A program made the translations under genes and the position numbers. Shown here piece by piece: positions 47,295 to 56,675 of a stretch of 61,855 nucleotides of DNA. Origin of the DNA: an uncultured Bacteroidota bacterium (lineage in GTDB: Bacteria > Bacteroidota > Bacteroidia > Bacteroidales > CG2-30-32-10); assembly GCA_903889915.1 (NCBI GenBank), contig CAISZK010000230.1, forward strand, positions 1 through 61,855, read 5' to 3'. Below the pieces are notes generated by a model. It did not search any database, was not told where the DNA came from, and saw nothing but the letters and a program-made list of their open reading frames with translations. Position 1 is the first letter of the stretch; each line of letters begins with the position of its first letter.

Positions 47295-47418
47295 AATTGA
47301 AGTCAATTGTCATTTGTCAAAAGTCATGAAACTGCATAGAACAATTATAAGTTAATTAGAATTGTCAGGATTTAGGGCTTTTGTTCAATTAACTATTCAT
47401 CCACGCTAGCTTCATGAA

Positions 47419-49140
47419 CTATTTCGTTTTTATGAAACACTTTTTTTCTGCATAATCATCCACTGAAAGTTTCCAAAAATTTCCTTCCAGTGTGAATCCT
47501 AAATTCTGATAATGCTCTTTCACCATTTCATTCTTAGAAGTAGGGATGAATTCTCCTTTCAGAAATGTACATCCATTTTCTTTGGCTTTTGCAACGATGG
47601 TGTTTAAAACAAAATTTTCAACACCACGCTTCAACACACGGCAGCTCATAAACCAAGTGTCAATAAACAAAGGCCCGCTGTTTTCTTTTTGTAAGATGAT
47701 GACACATATCAACCCATTGTCACCGAATTTATCTTCGAGTGTAAATGCAAATGTGAAATGATTCTTTGATGAAGCGAGTTTTTCGATATCGGCATCAGTG
47801 TAACGAATTGTGCGAAGGTTAAACTGATTTGAACGTTGCGATAGTTGGGCGACCCTCGGTGTGTTGAATTTGTTGAACTCCTCCACCTTCGAGATCATAT
47901 TTAAACTTTTCAGAAAATCATCTTCGTTGGTAAATTTTTTACTAATGCTGACCCTTTGAGCTTCTACCTGGTAAAGCCTGGTTCTTTCAGCATCCTCATT
48001 TGATGAAGAAACCGTTTCAAATAGATTGAGTGAGTAGAGGTATTCAAGATAATCAGCAGGGTCTTCCGGCAATTCAGGAACACAAATTCCGGGGATATTT
48101 TCACGAACCATATTTCTTTCGAAAGGATTGTCGTCAAGGAAAACCATGGAATCAAAACCAATGTTCAGGATGCTTTGAATTTGCCGGATATTGTCGGCTT
48201 TGTTTTCCCAGTTGGCTATAAAAACTGCAATGTCGTCAAGGTGCAGCACCATGTCGGGATGTTTTTCAAATGGCTCTTTGGCCACAGCTTCATAGTTCTT
48301 GCTGCAAACAGCCAGGATGATTCCGCGGTTTTTAAGTTTTTTTATCCAATACTGGAATTCAGTAAACGCTTTCCCAATGCCAAGGCTCCCTATCTTAATA
48401 TTTTCCAAACCATCATCTCCAATAGTGTCGCCCCAAAGGGTGTTGTCGAGATCCAATATCAGACATTTTTTAAACTTCCCGTTTAAAGCTTCAATTATAT
48501 CAAGGGTTTTTGAAGCAACTTGTGGAATAATGTCAATACTCAAAACCATTTCGGTATTGATGTAAACCGAAGGCTGGAAAAAAGTTTTTTTTCCAACTGA
48601 ATTTTGAATTGAAGAAATATCGCAGAGGTAAAGGTTGGCATTCTTTTGGGCAAGCAGCATCAGTTCGTAGTTAAGCTTTCGCAGCTGGAATAAAAAGGAT
48701 GATTCTGTTTTTGTGTTATAATTCCCATAAACAGCATCGTCAATTTCTGTATAGTTATAAAAGATGATCTTCGCGTTGAGGTGCTGGATCAAAGTGGTGT
48801 AAATATTTGCAATTGATCCAAGTTCAGCTTCTGCGAGTGAGCCATGCCTGTTGTTTTCGAGTTTATTGTATTTGCCAAGTAATTTATGCGACGACTGGAA
48901 AATTATAACAATTTCGGGCTTGTGTTCATATAATTCGGAAGTAAAGTCAAAAACCTGTCTTTCGATCTGGTTAAAATCGGCTTCCCAAATTTGCAGATCC
49001 AAACCATTATCAAAACCAAGTGCACGCAATGCCCGCACAAGAAATTGTGTGGTAGTATCGGCCAACAGACAAACTTTGATTTTTTTAAAATTCGAAAAGT
49101 CTTTTTTTAAATTCTTGGTTAATTGGAAAAAATCTTTCAT
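47419..49140 (-). CDS. HAD-IIIC family phosphatase / FkbH-like protein with a C-terminal GNAT-like domain
   Basis: ILDLDNTLWGDTIGDDG (HAD motif I), AVCSKN, FLDDNPFER. Confidence 0.75.
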   Translation of the reverse strand: MKDFFQLTKNLKKDFSNFKKIKVCLLADTTTQFLVRALRALGFDNGLDLQIWEADFNQIERQVFDFTSELYEHKPEIVIIFQSSHKLLGKYNKLENNRHGSLAEAELGSIANIYTTLIQHLNAKIIFYNYTEIDDAVYGNYNTKTESSFLFQLRKLNYELMLLAQKNANLYLCDISSIQNSVGKKTFFQPSVYINTEMVLSIDIIPQVASKTLDIIEALNGKFKKCLILDLDNTLWGDTIGDDGLENIKIGSLGIGKAFTEFQYWIKKLKNRGIILAVCSKNYEAVAKEPFEKHPDMVLHLDDIAVFIANWENKADNIRQIQSILNIGFDSMVFLDDNPFERNMVRENIPGICVPELPEDPADYLEYLYSLNLFETVSSSNEDAERTRLYQVEAQRVSISKKFTNEDDFLKSLNMISKVEEFNKFNTPRVAQLSQRSNQFNLRTIRYTDADIEKLASSKNHFTFAFTLEDKFGDNGLICVIILQKENSGPLFIDTWFMSCRVLKRGVENFVLNTIVAKAKENGCTFLKGEFIPTSKNEMVKEHYQNLGFTLEGNFWKLSVDDYAEKKCFIKTK

Positions 49141-49335
49141 GAAACTGTTTAGAGAAGGCTTTCTTAATATATTACGATTGAATTTTGCAGATGCAAAACT
49201 AAATTAAAATTCTGAATCGGCTGAAAATAAGCAGGAATAAATTGAATAATTTTGTTACAAAAGTGAAAGAGACTATTTTAAATCGCTTTGGAGGGTAAAT
49301 ACGCTACCAGAGTGAAAGAAACCAATTCCTAAGTG

Positions 49336-49368
49336 AGAGGTCTCTCTCCTTTAAGGAGAGAGACCTCT
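49336..49368 (+). terminator. 14-bp perfect hairpin followed by TTTTAAT (terminator-like on the plus strand), built from an array-unit core and its inverted copy
   Basis: AGAGGTCTCTCTCC-tttaa-GGAGAGAGACCTCT. Confidence 0.45.
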
Positions 49369-49386
49369 TTTAATAATTACCTTAGA

Positions 49387-49620
49387 AAATGGAATAATTC
49401 CATTTCGTTACTGAATTGTCTCATTCCCTCACGAAATCGTCTCTCACCGTTACGGAATGGTCTCTCTCCCTTACGGAATCATTTCTTTCCGTAACGAATT
49501 GGTTTGTTTCCGTCACGGAATGGATTCACTCCGTTACGGAATCGTCTCTCTCCGTCACGGATGGGTTTCTTTCCGTTACGGAGATATCTTTCTCCGTAAG
49601 GATTTGGTCTTTTTCAATGA
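49387..49620. repeat. Tandem array B: about 10-11 units of 21 bp, mostly ACGGA(A)-N8-10-TCCGT
   Basis: The unit phase holds at 49391, 49412, 49433, 49454, 49475, 49496, 49517, 49538, 49559, 49580 and 49601. The first unit is the perfect palindrome AAATGGAATAATTCCATTT. Confidence 0.9.
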
Positions 49621-49989
49621 ATTTAACAAATGTATTTAATTATTCGACAATCAATTGCAATGTTCTTAACAAATAAAGTGGCATTAGATGCTTTGAATAA
49701 ATTTGTTTTTAGAGGCTATGGAAAGAGGGATTATTGATGATTTTAAGTTGGAAAACCATGGAAATTCATTAAAACATTCTTCAATTTGAAATTTCAATTC
49801 AATTATCAGGATCCGGTTTTATAATAATGAGATTTGATATTAAAATTTGAAATGGAATTGAGACTGTTCCGAAAAGTAAAAAGAAAAATAAAACCACAAA
49901 AACACCAATTCACTTCACACCGTGGGATATTTGTGCGATTGAAACAAGCTACAAATTTAAAATTATCGCTGTGTAAATTGTTTTTTGAG

Positions 49990-49997
49990 TAATTTTG
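49990..49997 (+). promoter_or_regulatory. -7 box TAATTTTG, 72 bp upstream of ATG 50069
   Basis: Exact TAnnTTTG match. Confidence 0.35.
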
Positions 49998-50068
49998 TAT
50001 TTTAGAGTTTTAGTCGAAAAATAGACTTATAAGAGTGGACTCAATCACGTAAAACAAAAATTTTAAAA

Positions 50069-51403
50069 ATGAAAAACCTTTGCCTTTTATCCATCGTTTT
50101 ATTTTTTGTTCAACCTCTGAAAGCCCAATGGACAGTTGACCATCTTTCCATAGCCAGATGCTTCCCCGGCGCTGTGACAGTACAGAACAAAGTCTATATT
50201 GCCGGCGGCTACATCAACAACTCCCCCGGAGTAATGTCGAAGAGAATTGATATTTATGATAATTCAACCGGAACCTGGAGTATTGATTCACTCTCGTCTC
50301 CCCGCGGCGATGTAGGCTGTGCTTACCTGAATAATAAAATATTTTTTGCAGGCGGAACAACCAATGCTTTTGGAAGCGCTAAAGAAGTTGATATTTACAA
50401 TTTGCTCACCTCGTCATGGAGTGTTGATTCATTGCAAACTTTCCAGGCATCTGCTGTTCCTGTGGTGATCAATCACCGGATATTATTTGCCGGTGGTATT
50501 GCAACGGGTGGGGTTGGCGTTACAAAGATCATCAGTGTGTATGATGATTCCACGGGGTTGTGGTCTAAAGATTCTCTTTCAATTGGCCGATTTGGACTTG
50601 CCGGCGCAGCAATTGGCAACATTGCTGTCTTTGCCGGAGGATATACAAACACTACAAATTACACTACCATTAACAGAGTTGATATCTACAATTCCTTAAC
50701 CGGGACTTGGACAACTTCCACACTCTCGCAGGCAAGGGGAAATATTTCTGTCATTGCAAACGGAACCAAAATTTATTTTGCCGGAGGGCTTACCAGTGTC
50801 AGCACCAAAGTGCTTTCGAATAAAGTTGATATTTATGATGTGGTCACATCCACATGGACTACAGCAACCCTTTCTCAGGCCCGGAGAAACGTTGCTGTTG
50901 CCACTGTAGGTAATAAAATTTATTTTGCAAGCGGTGAGCAAAATTTTTCCTCAAACACACCCAGCAATAGGGTTGATATTTATAATGTGAGTACTTCACA
51001 ATGGAGCACCGATACTCTTTCAGTTCCTCACGATGCAGCAATAGGTGCTAGTGTTGGAAGCAAAATAATGATTGCGGGTGGCGGCTCTTATTCAACAAAT
51101 TCTTTTTCGAACGTAGTGGATATCTTTGATACAACCAATGCAAATGGCATTAATGAATCTTCTGTCAAAAATTGTTTCACTGTGTGGCCAAATCCTGTAA
51201 ATGATAAATTAAACATCTCCTTTGATGAAAATAGTATTGTAGGAACTATCAATATTTTCGCCATCAATGGGCAAAAGCAAAGTGAAATAAAACTCACGGA
51301 AAATAAGATGGTGATAGATGTCAGTACATTGTCAAATGGAATTTATTTTTTGAAATTTGTCAATGGATCAACTGTGGAAATAAAAAAGATAGTTAAAGGT
51401 TAA
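50069..51403 (+). CDS. Kelch-repeat beta-propeller protein with a T9SS C-terminal sorting domain
   Basis: About seven repeats of the type KIYFAGG...VDIY(D/N)..T..W. The C-terminus reads FTVWPNPVNDKLNISF...INIFAINGQK...LSNGIYFLKF. Confidence 0.85.
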   Translation: MKNLCLLSIVLFFVQPLKAQWTVDHLSIARCFPGAVTVQNKVYIAGGYINNSPGVMSKRIDIYDNSTGTWSIDSLSSPRGDVGCAYLNNKIFFAGGTTNAFGSAKEVDIYNLLTSSWSVDSLQTFQASAVPVVINHRILFAGGIATGGVGVTKIISVYDDSTGLWSKDSLSIGRFGLAGAAIGNIAVFAGGYTNTTNYTTINRVDIYNSLTGTWTTSTLSQARGNISVIANGTKIYFAGGLTSVSTKVLSNKVDIYDVVTSTWTTATLSQARRNVAVATVGNKIYFASGEQNFSSNTPSNRVDIYNVSTSQWSTDTLSVPHDAAIGASVGSKIMIAGGGSYSTNSFSNVVDIFDTTNANGINESSVKNCFTVWPNPVNDKLNISFDENSIVGTINIFAINGQKQSEIKLTENKMVIDVSTLSNGIYFLKFVNGSTVEIKKIVKG

Positions 51404-51458
51404 ACTACTGCCTGATTTCATTCTGTATTATGACTACCTGGCACAACAATTAATAATT

Positions 51459-52337
51459 ATGAACAAGTTTTGCATTTTATTAATCATTTTAGGAACCTTA
51501 TCTTTGAACTGTTTTTCCCAGGATACTGTTATGACAAAGCAGGAATTTACAAAGAGAATTTTTGATTCAATTGCAAAGAAACTTCCCAATGTTGAAATTA
51601 AAACTTTGAGTGAAGGCATTATTGAACTCACGACACCTTACAAAACAATTATATTTGTTATCGGCTTTACCTACCGGGAATATCTCATAAAAAAAAGATC
51701 TACCACCGAATTAATTAACGACGAGGTTGAAAATGTCTGTTCTTTATTCTTAACTGAGGAACCATTGCGGCTCAACCAAATAATGCCCTGCATTCAACCT
51801 GTAGAGTTTATTAAGAGTCAGAATAAGTTTACAGATACCATCAAATCACGATTGAATCTTAGCGGTCCTGATGGAGATTTCGTTTATGATAAGTATAATG
51901 ACCAATTGATAATTGTATATGGGGTGAGCAAAAATAACAGTTTCGATTATTTGGATCATAAAGATTTAATGCGACTTTCAATCAGTCAGGATACCTTAAA
52001 GCAGTTTGCATTGAAAAATCTTGAAGTCTATTTAAAGGATAGGATAAATTATAAATGCCTACAGAAGGACAAGGTTTACATGCTTACTGCAGGAGGTTTT
52101 TTTGAAGCCACTCTGATCATGATGGAGGGAGTTTTTAATAAAGACAGCATCCCTGTGAAGGGAGATTTTGTTGTCGGAATTCCAAACAGTGATATACTGG
52201 TAGTAACGGGCAGTGATAACACCGAAGATGTTTCATTTTTAAGAGTGAAAGCAAATGAGTTTTATTTAAAGAATAGTGCAAAGATTTCCCCTTATCTTTA
52301 CAAGTGGAATGGCAAAATTTTTATAAAATTTGATTAA
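51459..52337 (+). CDS. Hypothetical secreted protein
   Basis: A 292-aa ORF with a signal peptide (ILLIILGTLSLNCFSQ). No family was recognised. Confidence 0.6.
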   Translation: MNKFCILLIILGTLSLNCFSQDTVMTKQEFTKRIFDSIAKKLPNVEIKTLSEGIIELTTPYKTIIFVIGFTYREYLIKKRSTTELINDEVENVCSLFLTEEPLRLNQIMPCIQPVEFIKSQNKFTDTIKSRLNLSGPDGDFVYDKYNDQLIIVYGVSKNNSFDYLDHKDLMRLSISQDTLKQFALKNLEVYLKDRINYKCLQKDKVYMLTAGGFFEATLIMMEGVFNKDSIPVKGDFVVGIPNSDILVVTGSDNTEDVSFLRVKANEFYLKNSAKISPYLYKWNGKIFIKFD

Positions 52338-52427
52338 TATGAAATTCAAGTAAAAGTTAGGAATGGCCAATAAATGCGCAATGTCCGGGCTTCGCAAAAT
52401 AATATTGTGGGCAATATTTTTTTAGCT

Positions 52428-52435
52428 TAATTTTG
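52428..52435 (+). promoter_or_regulatory. -7 box TAATTTTG, 88 bp upstream of ATG 52523
   Basis: Exact TAnnTTTG match. Confidence 0.3.
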
Positions 52436-52522
52436 TATCGTCGTTCTTTAGCAGCAGTGACATGCTTCAAATAAAAAAATTAAAAGCTTACAATAAAATC
52501 AACAATCATATTCATTCTCACC

Positions 52523-53626
52523 ATGAAATTCAGACTTGTATTTTTTAGCCTGTTTATATTTTCTACAGCATTGTTTTCTCAGAATCTTGATCAGCTAAAT
52601 GGATATCAATATGTGTATGTGCCAACATTGATTTATACCCATAATAAATACGTTACAGAAACAAAAACTGTCAGAGATGGCAATGGAAATGTGCAATACA
52701 ATAAGGAAAACGTTACTGAAACACCGGAGACATATACTACTGAAGATGATTACCACATCAGTGAGGAAGTTAAACAGTTTTTTCTGAACATGGGCTATAC
52801 TGTGTTGACCAGCATGGATGCTTTTAAAGGTGATAAATGTTTGGTGCTCTTTTGTGGTTTAAAGCATGACTGGAATTATGCAAAGGCAATTGTTACCATA
52901 ACCTTAACCAATTGCAAACAGGAGCTTATTTATTCTAAGATCGGCATTGGTAAGCATGGTCTTTTTTCAACCTACCAGGCAAGTAGCGATAAATCAACAG
53001 TGGCTGCGTTGGAAGATCTTGCCAAACTTAATTATAAATATAACCATGCATTGACACCGTCAAATGGAAATTCGGCAGAAGTTAGAGCAATAAATACCAA
53101 TTCGGATTCGGCAAAAACATCGTCAGTGCAAAGCATCACTGATGCCAGGGATGGTAAAAAATACAGGATCATCAAATTTGGTACTCAAACCTGGATGGCT
53201 GAAAACCTCGCATTCAAAGCAAGTGCTGGTTGTTGGGCGTATAACAACGATTCAATCAATGTGACTAAATTAGGATATCTCTATGACTGGGAAGCAGCAA
53301 AAACTGCATGCCCCGATGGATGGCACTTACCTACGGATGCTGAATGGGCAACATTGACGGATAATGTCGGAGGCACCGGAGATGCCGGAACTGTGCTGAC
53401 AATTTCGAATGGGTTTCATGCTGTGTTTGCAGGTTATTCAGCTGACGATGGCAAATCATTTTACCATTTTGACAAATTTGGGTTCTTCTGGACAGCAACT
53501 GATGCTACCTATACGTTTGCATGGTATCGTTATTTTTCATCCGGAGATGCTTCTATTTATCGGGGTACTCCGGGCAACGAATATAAAAAAGTAAATGGAT
53601 TTTCCGTACGTTGTGTGAAGGATTGA
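52523..53626 (+). CDS. Secreted protein with a C-terminal FISUMP domain (Fibrobacter succinogenes major paralogous domain)
   Basis: DARDGKKYRIIKFGTQTWMAENL...GYLYDWEAAKTACPDGWHLPTDAEW...GFFW...FSVRCVKD. Confidence 0.8.
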   Translation: MKFRLVFFSLFIFSTALFSQNLDQLNGYQYVYVPTLIYTHNKYVTETKTVRDGNGNVQYNKENVTETPETYTTEDDYHISEEVKQFFLNMGYTVLTSMDAFKGDKCLVLFCGLKHDWNYAKAIVTITLTNCKQELIYSKIGIGKHGLFSTYQASSDKSTVAALEDLAKLNYKYNHALTPSNGNSAEVRAINTNSDSAKTSSVQSITDARDGKKYRIIKFGTQTWMAENLAFKASAGCWAYNNDSINVTKLGYLYDWEAAKTACPDGWHLPTDAEWATLTDNVGGTGDAGTVLTISNGFHAVFAGYSADDGKSFYHFDKFGFFWTATDATYTFAWYRYFSSGDASIYRGTPGNEYKKVNGFSVRCVKD

Positions 53627-53650
53627 ACAGAGTTAAAATAATAAACATTT

Positions 53651-54262
53651 ATGGACAAAATGGATAAAGGAATCAGATTGTACCTTGGAATTATTATTGT
53701 GGCAGTGTTCTGGCTGACCACTGTCGTTTGTGGCTTTGTTCACGGCACTTATAATCATTTTTCAATGCTTGTTAGTGAACTGGGTGCAATTGGGACTAAA
53801 TCACAGTATGTGTTTTCAGCAGGATTGATCGTGTGTTCAGTTTTGAGTGTAATATTTATAATTGAACTTTGCAGGATATGCAGAAAAAAAAGGATGAGTA
53901 TAATTCCTGTACTTTTAATACTGCTTTACAGCATCTCAATTTTGGGGGTTGCAATATTCCCTCTTCCCCACAGATTCCACTTGATGGCCGGCTCTCCTTC
54001 GTTTTTTCTTGTTTTTTCTCCTGTCCTTGCTATGATTTTATGGAGGAAAAAGTTGTCGTCAATAATACCGTTTTCAATATTGTGTATGCTCATCATGTTG
54101 CTTGGCGTACTTACATTTTTCCCCGAAATCATGAGTAATTTCACAGGTTTAAAGCAACGGTTTTTCCACACAGGGTATTCCTTATGGTTCATATATCTGA
54201 GCTATGCTTTTGTCCGGTTAAGTAAAAACAATAGCCCTCAAATCAGTATAGGTAAGAATTGA
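53651..54262 (+). CDS. Multi-pass membrane protein, DUF998-like
   Basis: About six hydrophobic segments. The VSELGAIGT motif follows the first TM segment. Confidence 0.6.
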   Translation: MDKMDKGIRLYLGIIIVAVFWLTTVVCGFVHGTYNHFSMLVSELGAIGTKSQYVFSAGLIVCSVLSVIFIIELCRICRKKRMSIIPVLLILLYSISILGVAIFPLPHRFHLMAGSPSFFLVFSPVLAMILWRKKLSSIIPFSILCMLIMLLGVLTFFPEIMSNFTGLKQRFFHTGYSLWFIYLSYAFVRLSKNNSPQISIGKN

Positions 54263-54277
54263 TAATTTCCAAATGAG

Positions 54278-55261
54278 ATGAAACATTTTATTACCTCAAT
54301 ATTCTTTTATTTCCTTGTTCATTCAATAGTTTTTGGACAAACTATTATTAGGGTAAATGTTCCCAAAGCAACTTATTCAGAGAAGGCTCCCGGTGAAAAT
54401 GGAGATAGTGTTTTGTTCAATATATACATGAAAAATGATTCACTGCAGGTGTCATCTTATTTAGAGAAAAAAACAATAAAAAATTTCCAGGATATTGATG
54501 ACTTTTGTTGTGAAACAATTAAATTTAAAAGTTCCAGATCGCCGGCTTTTCTTTTTGAAGATTACCATATTCTTTTGTTTATTGATTCTTTGGTGCCCTA
54601 TCAGAAAGTTGATCAATTGTTGGAAGAACTAAAAATATTACCTTATGATAAAATTTTTCTCTGTACTAATGCATACCATTATAAAAACAGAGGATATGAC
54701 CTGGATTTGAAAATTAATTCTGATGAAATGCAAAAAATAGTTGCAGGATTATACGGACCAACATATAGCCGCTTAAAATACGATGAGATTCCCTGTTATG
54801 TTTATGTTCCGATAGTGACTTCACAGGATACCAATCCTCCCATGCCGCCACCACCGCCGCCAATACCATCAGCATCTCAGATTCCGGATCTATTGGATGT
54901 CTGTTTGAAATTGAAGAAAGTTGGATCCGATACAAATTACTTTTTTATAGGAATTGATAGCGGAATGCTAAAAGTAAATAAGACACCGCGCGATATTGAT
55001 TTCCTTTCTAAACTAATTTTAAATAAAAATTCAGAATTGTTTTTGATCCCCGGCGAAAAAAATACTTACAAAGATTTGATAAAGCTTATAGAATACCTGC
55101 ATTTGGGACAACAACTGGCTTATGAAAAAGAGAGTTTAATTTCCTACAAAAAAAGACTGGTTTACCTGACGAACAATGAAAAATATGAAGTGATGCATAA
55201 ACACCAATTGTACTACAAAATTTTAAGCCTTAGTGAACAGATCTATTTAAAGAAAAATTAA
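54278..55261 (+). CDS. Hypothetical secreted protein with a central poly-proline linker
   Basis: 327 aa. Signal peptide, then NPPMPPPPPPIPS between two alpha/beta halves. Confidence 0.6.
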   Translation: MKHFITSIFFYFLVHSIVFGQTIIRVNVPKATYSEKAPGENGDSVLFNIYMKNDSLQVSSYLEKKTIKNFQDIDDFCCETIKFKSSRSPAFLFEDYHILLFIDSLVPYQKVDQLLEELKILPYDKIFLCTNAYHYKNRGYDLDLKINSDEMQKIVAGLYGPTYSRLKYDEIPCYVYVPIVTSQDTNPPMPPPPPPIPSASQIPDLLDVCLKLKKVGSDTNYFFIGIDSGMLKVNKTPRDIDFLSKLILNKNSELFLIPGEKNTYKDLIKLIEYLHLGQQLAYEKESLISYKKRLVYLTNNEKYEVMHKHQLYYKILSLSEQIYLKKN

Positions 55262-55278
55262 TTTAATACCACAAACAA

Positions 55279-55902
55279 ATGAAAGAACAAATCAAAAAAT
55301 TTATTGATCTCATTCAGTCAAACGGGCACACCCTTGATGAATTGGGATTTTCAACCGGAGCATCCGAAACAGAAATTGAAACTATTGAAACAGAAACAGG
55401 GCAAACTCTTCCCGATGAATTAAAACAATTTCTTTCCACCATCAACGGACAGAATAATGAAGATTTTTATTTTCTCCCCGACCAGGTCCGCCTGTTTTCC
55501 TGCGAAGAAATAATTGATGAATGGAAGCAGGAACAAGAGTATGCAGATGATAGTACAGAGTTTTATGACCAGTATCAGAATGATGACAAAATCAGGTGTA
55601 CAATTTATCATAAGTCCAGGGTTCCTTTTGCAGGACAGGAAGGTTTTGGTATAGTTTGTATTGACAATGATCCCGGACCCAAAGGAAAAAAAGGACAGAT
55701 CATTTATCTGATTGATGAATGTGATTTTATTGTCCTTGCTGACAGTTTCAATGAATTGATCAATTTATACATTGACCGCATGCAAAAAGGAATTTTAAAA
55801 TTTCAAAATGAGAAAGAAGGCTATCCCAACAAATACAGATTAAAATCGAATGCAAAAGAAATGGATGGACTTGCTTTCGGGGAAATTTTTAAAAATGAAT
55901 GA
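55279..55902 (+). CDS. SMI1/KNR4 (SUKH-1) family protein
   Basis: TETGQTLPDELKQFLSTINGQ is the hallmark N-terminal segment. The protein is acidic and 207 aa long. Confidence 0.7.
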   Translation: MKEQIKKFIDLIQSNGHTLDELGFSTGASETEIETIETETGQTLPDELKQFLSTINGQNNEDFYFLPDQVRLFSCEEIIDEWKQEQEYADDSTEFYDQYQNDDKIRCTIYHKSRVPFAGQEGFGIVCIDNDPGPKGKKGQIIYLIDECDFIVLADSFNELINLYIDRMQKGILKFQNEKEGYPNKYRLKSNAKEMDGLAFGEIFKNE

Positions 55903-56136
55903 AAGCCAACAGAGATTCATTAGCGACGGGGAAAATTATTACGATTGTCCCGGAAAGCCTTAATCACGTAGTGATATAATCTTTGTAATTGAAAATAGCC
56001 AGAGCAATAAAGTCACTTCGTGACGAAATAAAAAATTCAAAAAAAGAGTAGTGATAAACGATATTGATAATTATTGATAAATCATCCTGAAATTTCTGAT
56101 TTCTGAACCGGTAAAAATTTTAATGATATTTGTAAA

Positions 56137-56595
56137 ATGAAGAAAAGCCACCTACACATTGCTATCAAAATTTGCCTTGTTGCTTGGATATTTTCCTCGT
56201 GCAACTCCGTCAATAATGGTGAAAAGATAGCCCAATCAAAACAAGAGATACTCAACTCCGAAAAAGCCTTCGAAGCCTGTCTGCAAAAAGAGGGGATAAC
56301 ATCAGCCTTCAGAAAGTTTGCTGCTGACGATGCTGTCATAAATCGTCACAACGAAATTATCAAAGGAAAAACTGCGATAAAAGAATTTTATGAAAAAGAA
56401 AAAACAGGTAAAGACAAACTGATATGGACTACCGACTTTGTAGATGTCTCCTCGTCCTGCGACCTTGGTTATACTTATGGCAAATACATATACACAGCCA
56501 TTGATTCAACAGGGCAGGGCAAGGATTACAAAGGGATATTTCACACCGTATGGAAAAAACAAACCGATGGTTCCTGGAAATTCGTTTGGGATTAG
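56137..56595 (+). CDS. DUF4440/SnoaL-like (NTF2-fold) lipoprotein
   Basis: Lipobox IFSSCNS. The C-terminus GIFHTVWKKQTDGSWKFVWD is typical of the family. Confidence 0.7.
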   Translation: MKKSHLHIAIKICLVAWIFSSCNSVNNGEKIAQSKQEILNSEKAFEACLQKEGITSAFRKFAADDAVINRHNEIIKGKTAIKEFYEKEKTGKDKLIWTTDFVDVSSSCDLGYTYGKYIYTAIDSTGQGKDYKGIFHTVWKKQTDGSWKFVWD

Positions 56596-56675
56596 GCCGG
56601 GATTCAGTTAGATTTTTTTTTATCTTTGCTTATAATTTCTTCAAGTCATGATTGGAAATCTTATTTGCTTTTAAA

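Larger units (their letters stand above)
49300..49880. repeat. Copy B of the same non-coding element, inverted relative to copy A
   Basis: See copy A. The flank 49609-49870 matches the reverse complement of 19714-19975. Confidence 0.8.

Noticed and set aside
20241-49299. The 29-kb segment between the inverted element copies as a transposon or genomic island
   Set aside because: The content is core housekeeping (miaA, mtnP, msrAB, surE, lpxB, comEC, S41 peptidase). No integrase, transposase, tRNA target or direct-repeat scars were seen.
19977-49620. CRISPR arrays as an explanation for the three tandem-repeat regions (19977-20207, 33101-33390, 49387-49620)
   Set aside because: The units are contiguous with no unique spacers. 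The units are 20-21 bp, shorter than CRISPR repeats. No cas genes are present.
49416-49676. ORFs of 86 and 60 aa across array B, sharing a C-terminal peptide with the copy A ORF
   Set aside because: In the shared 20-codon tail, about 5-6 of the roughly 7 nucleotide differences are non-synonymous. The homology also extends about 250 bp beyond the stop. This behaves like conserved non-coding DNA.
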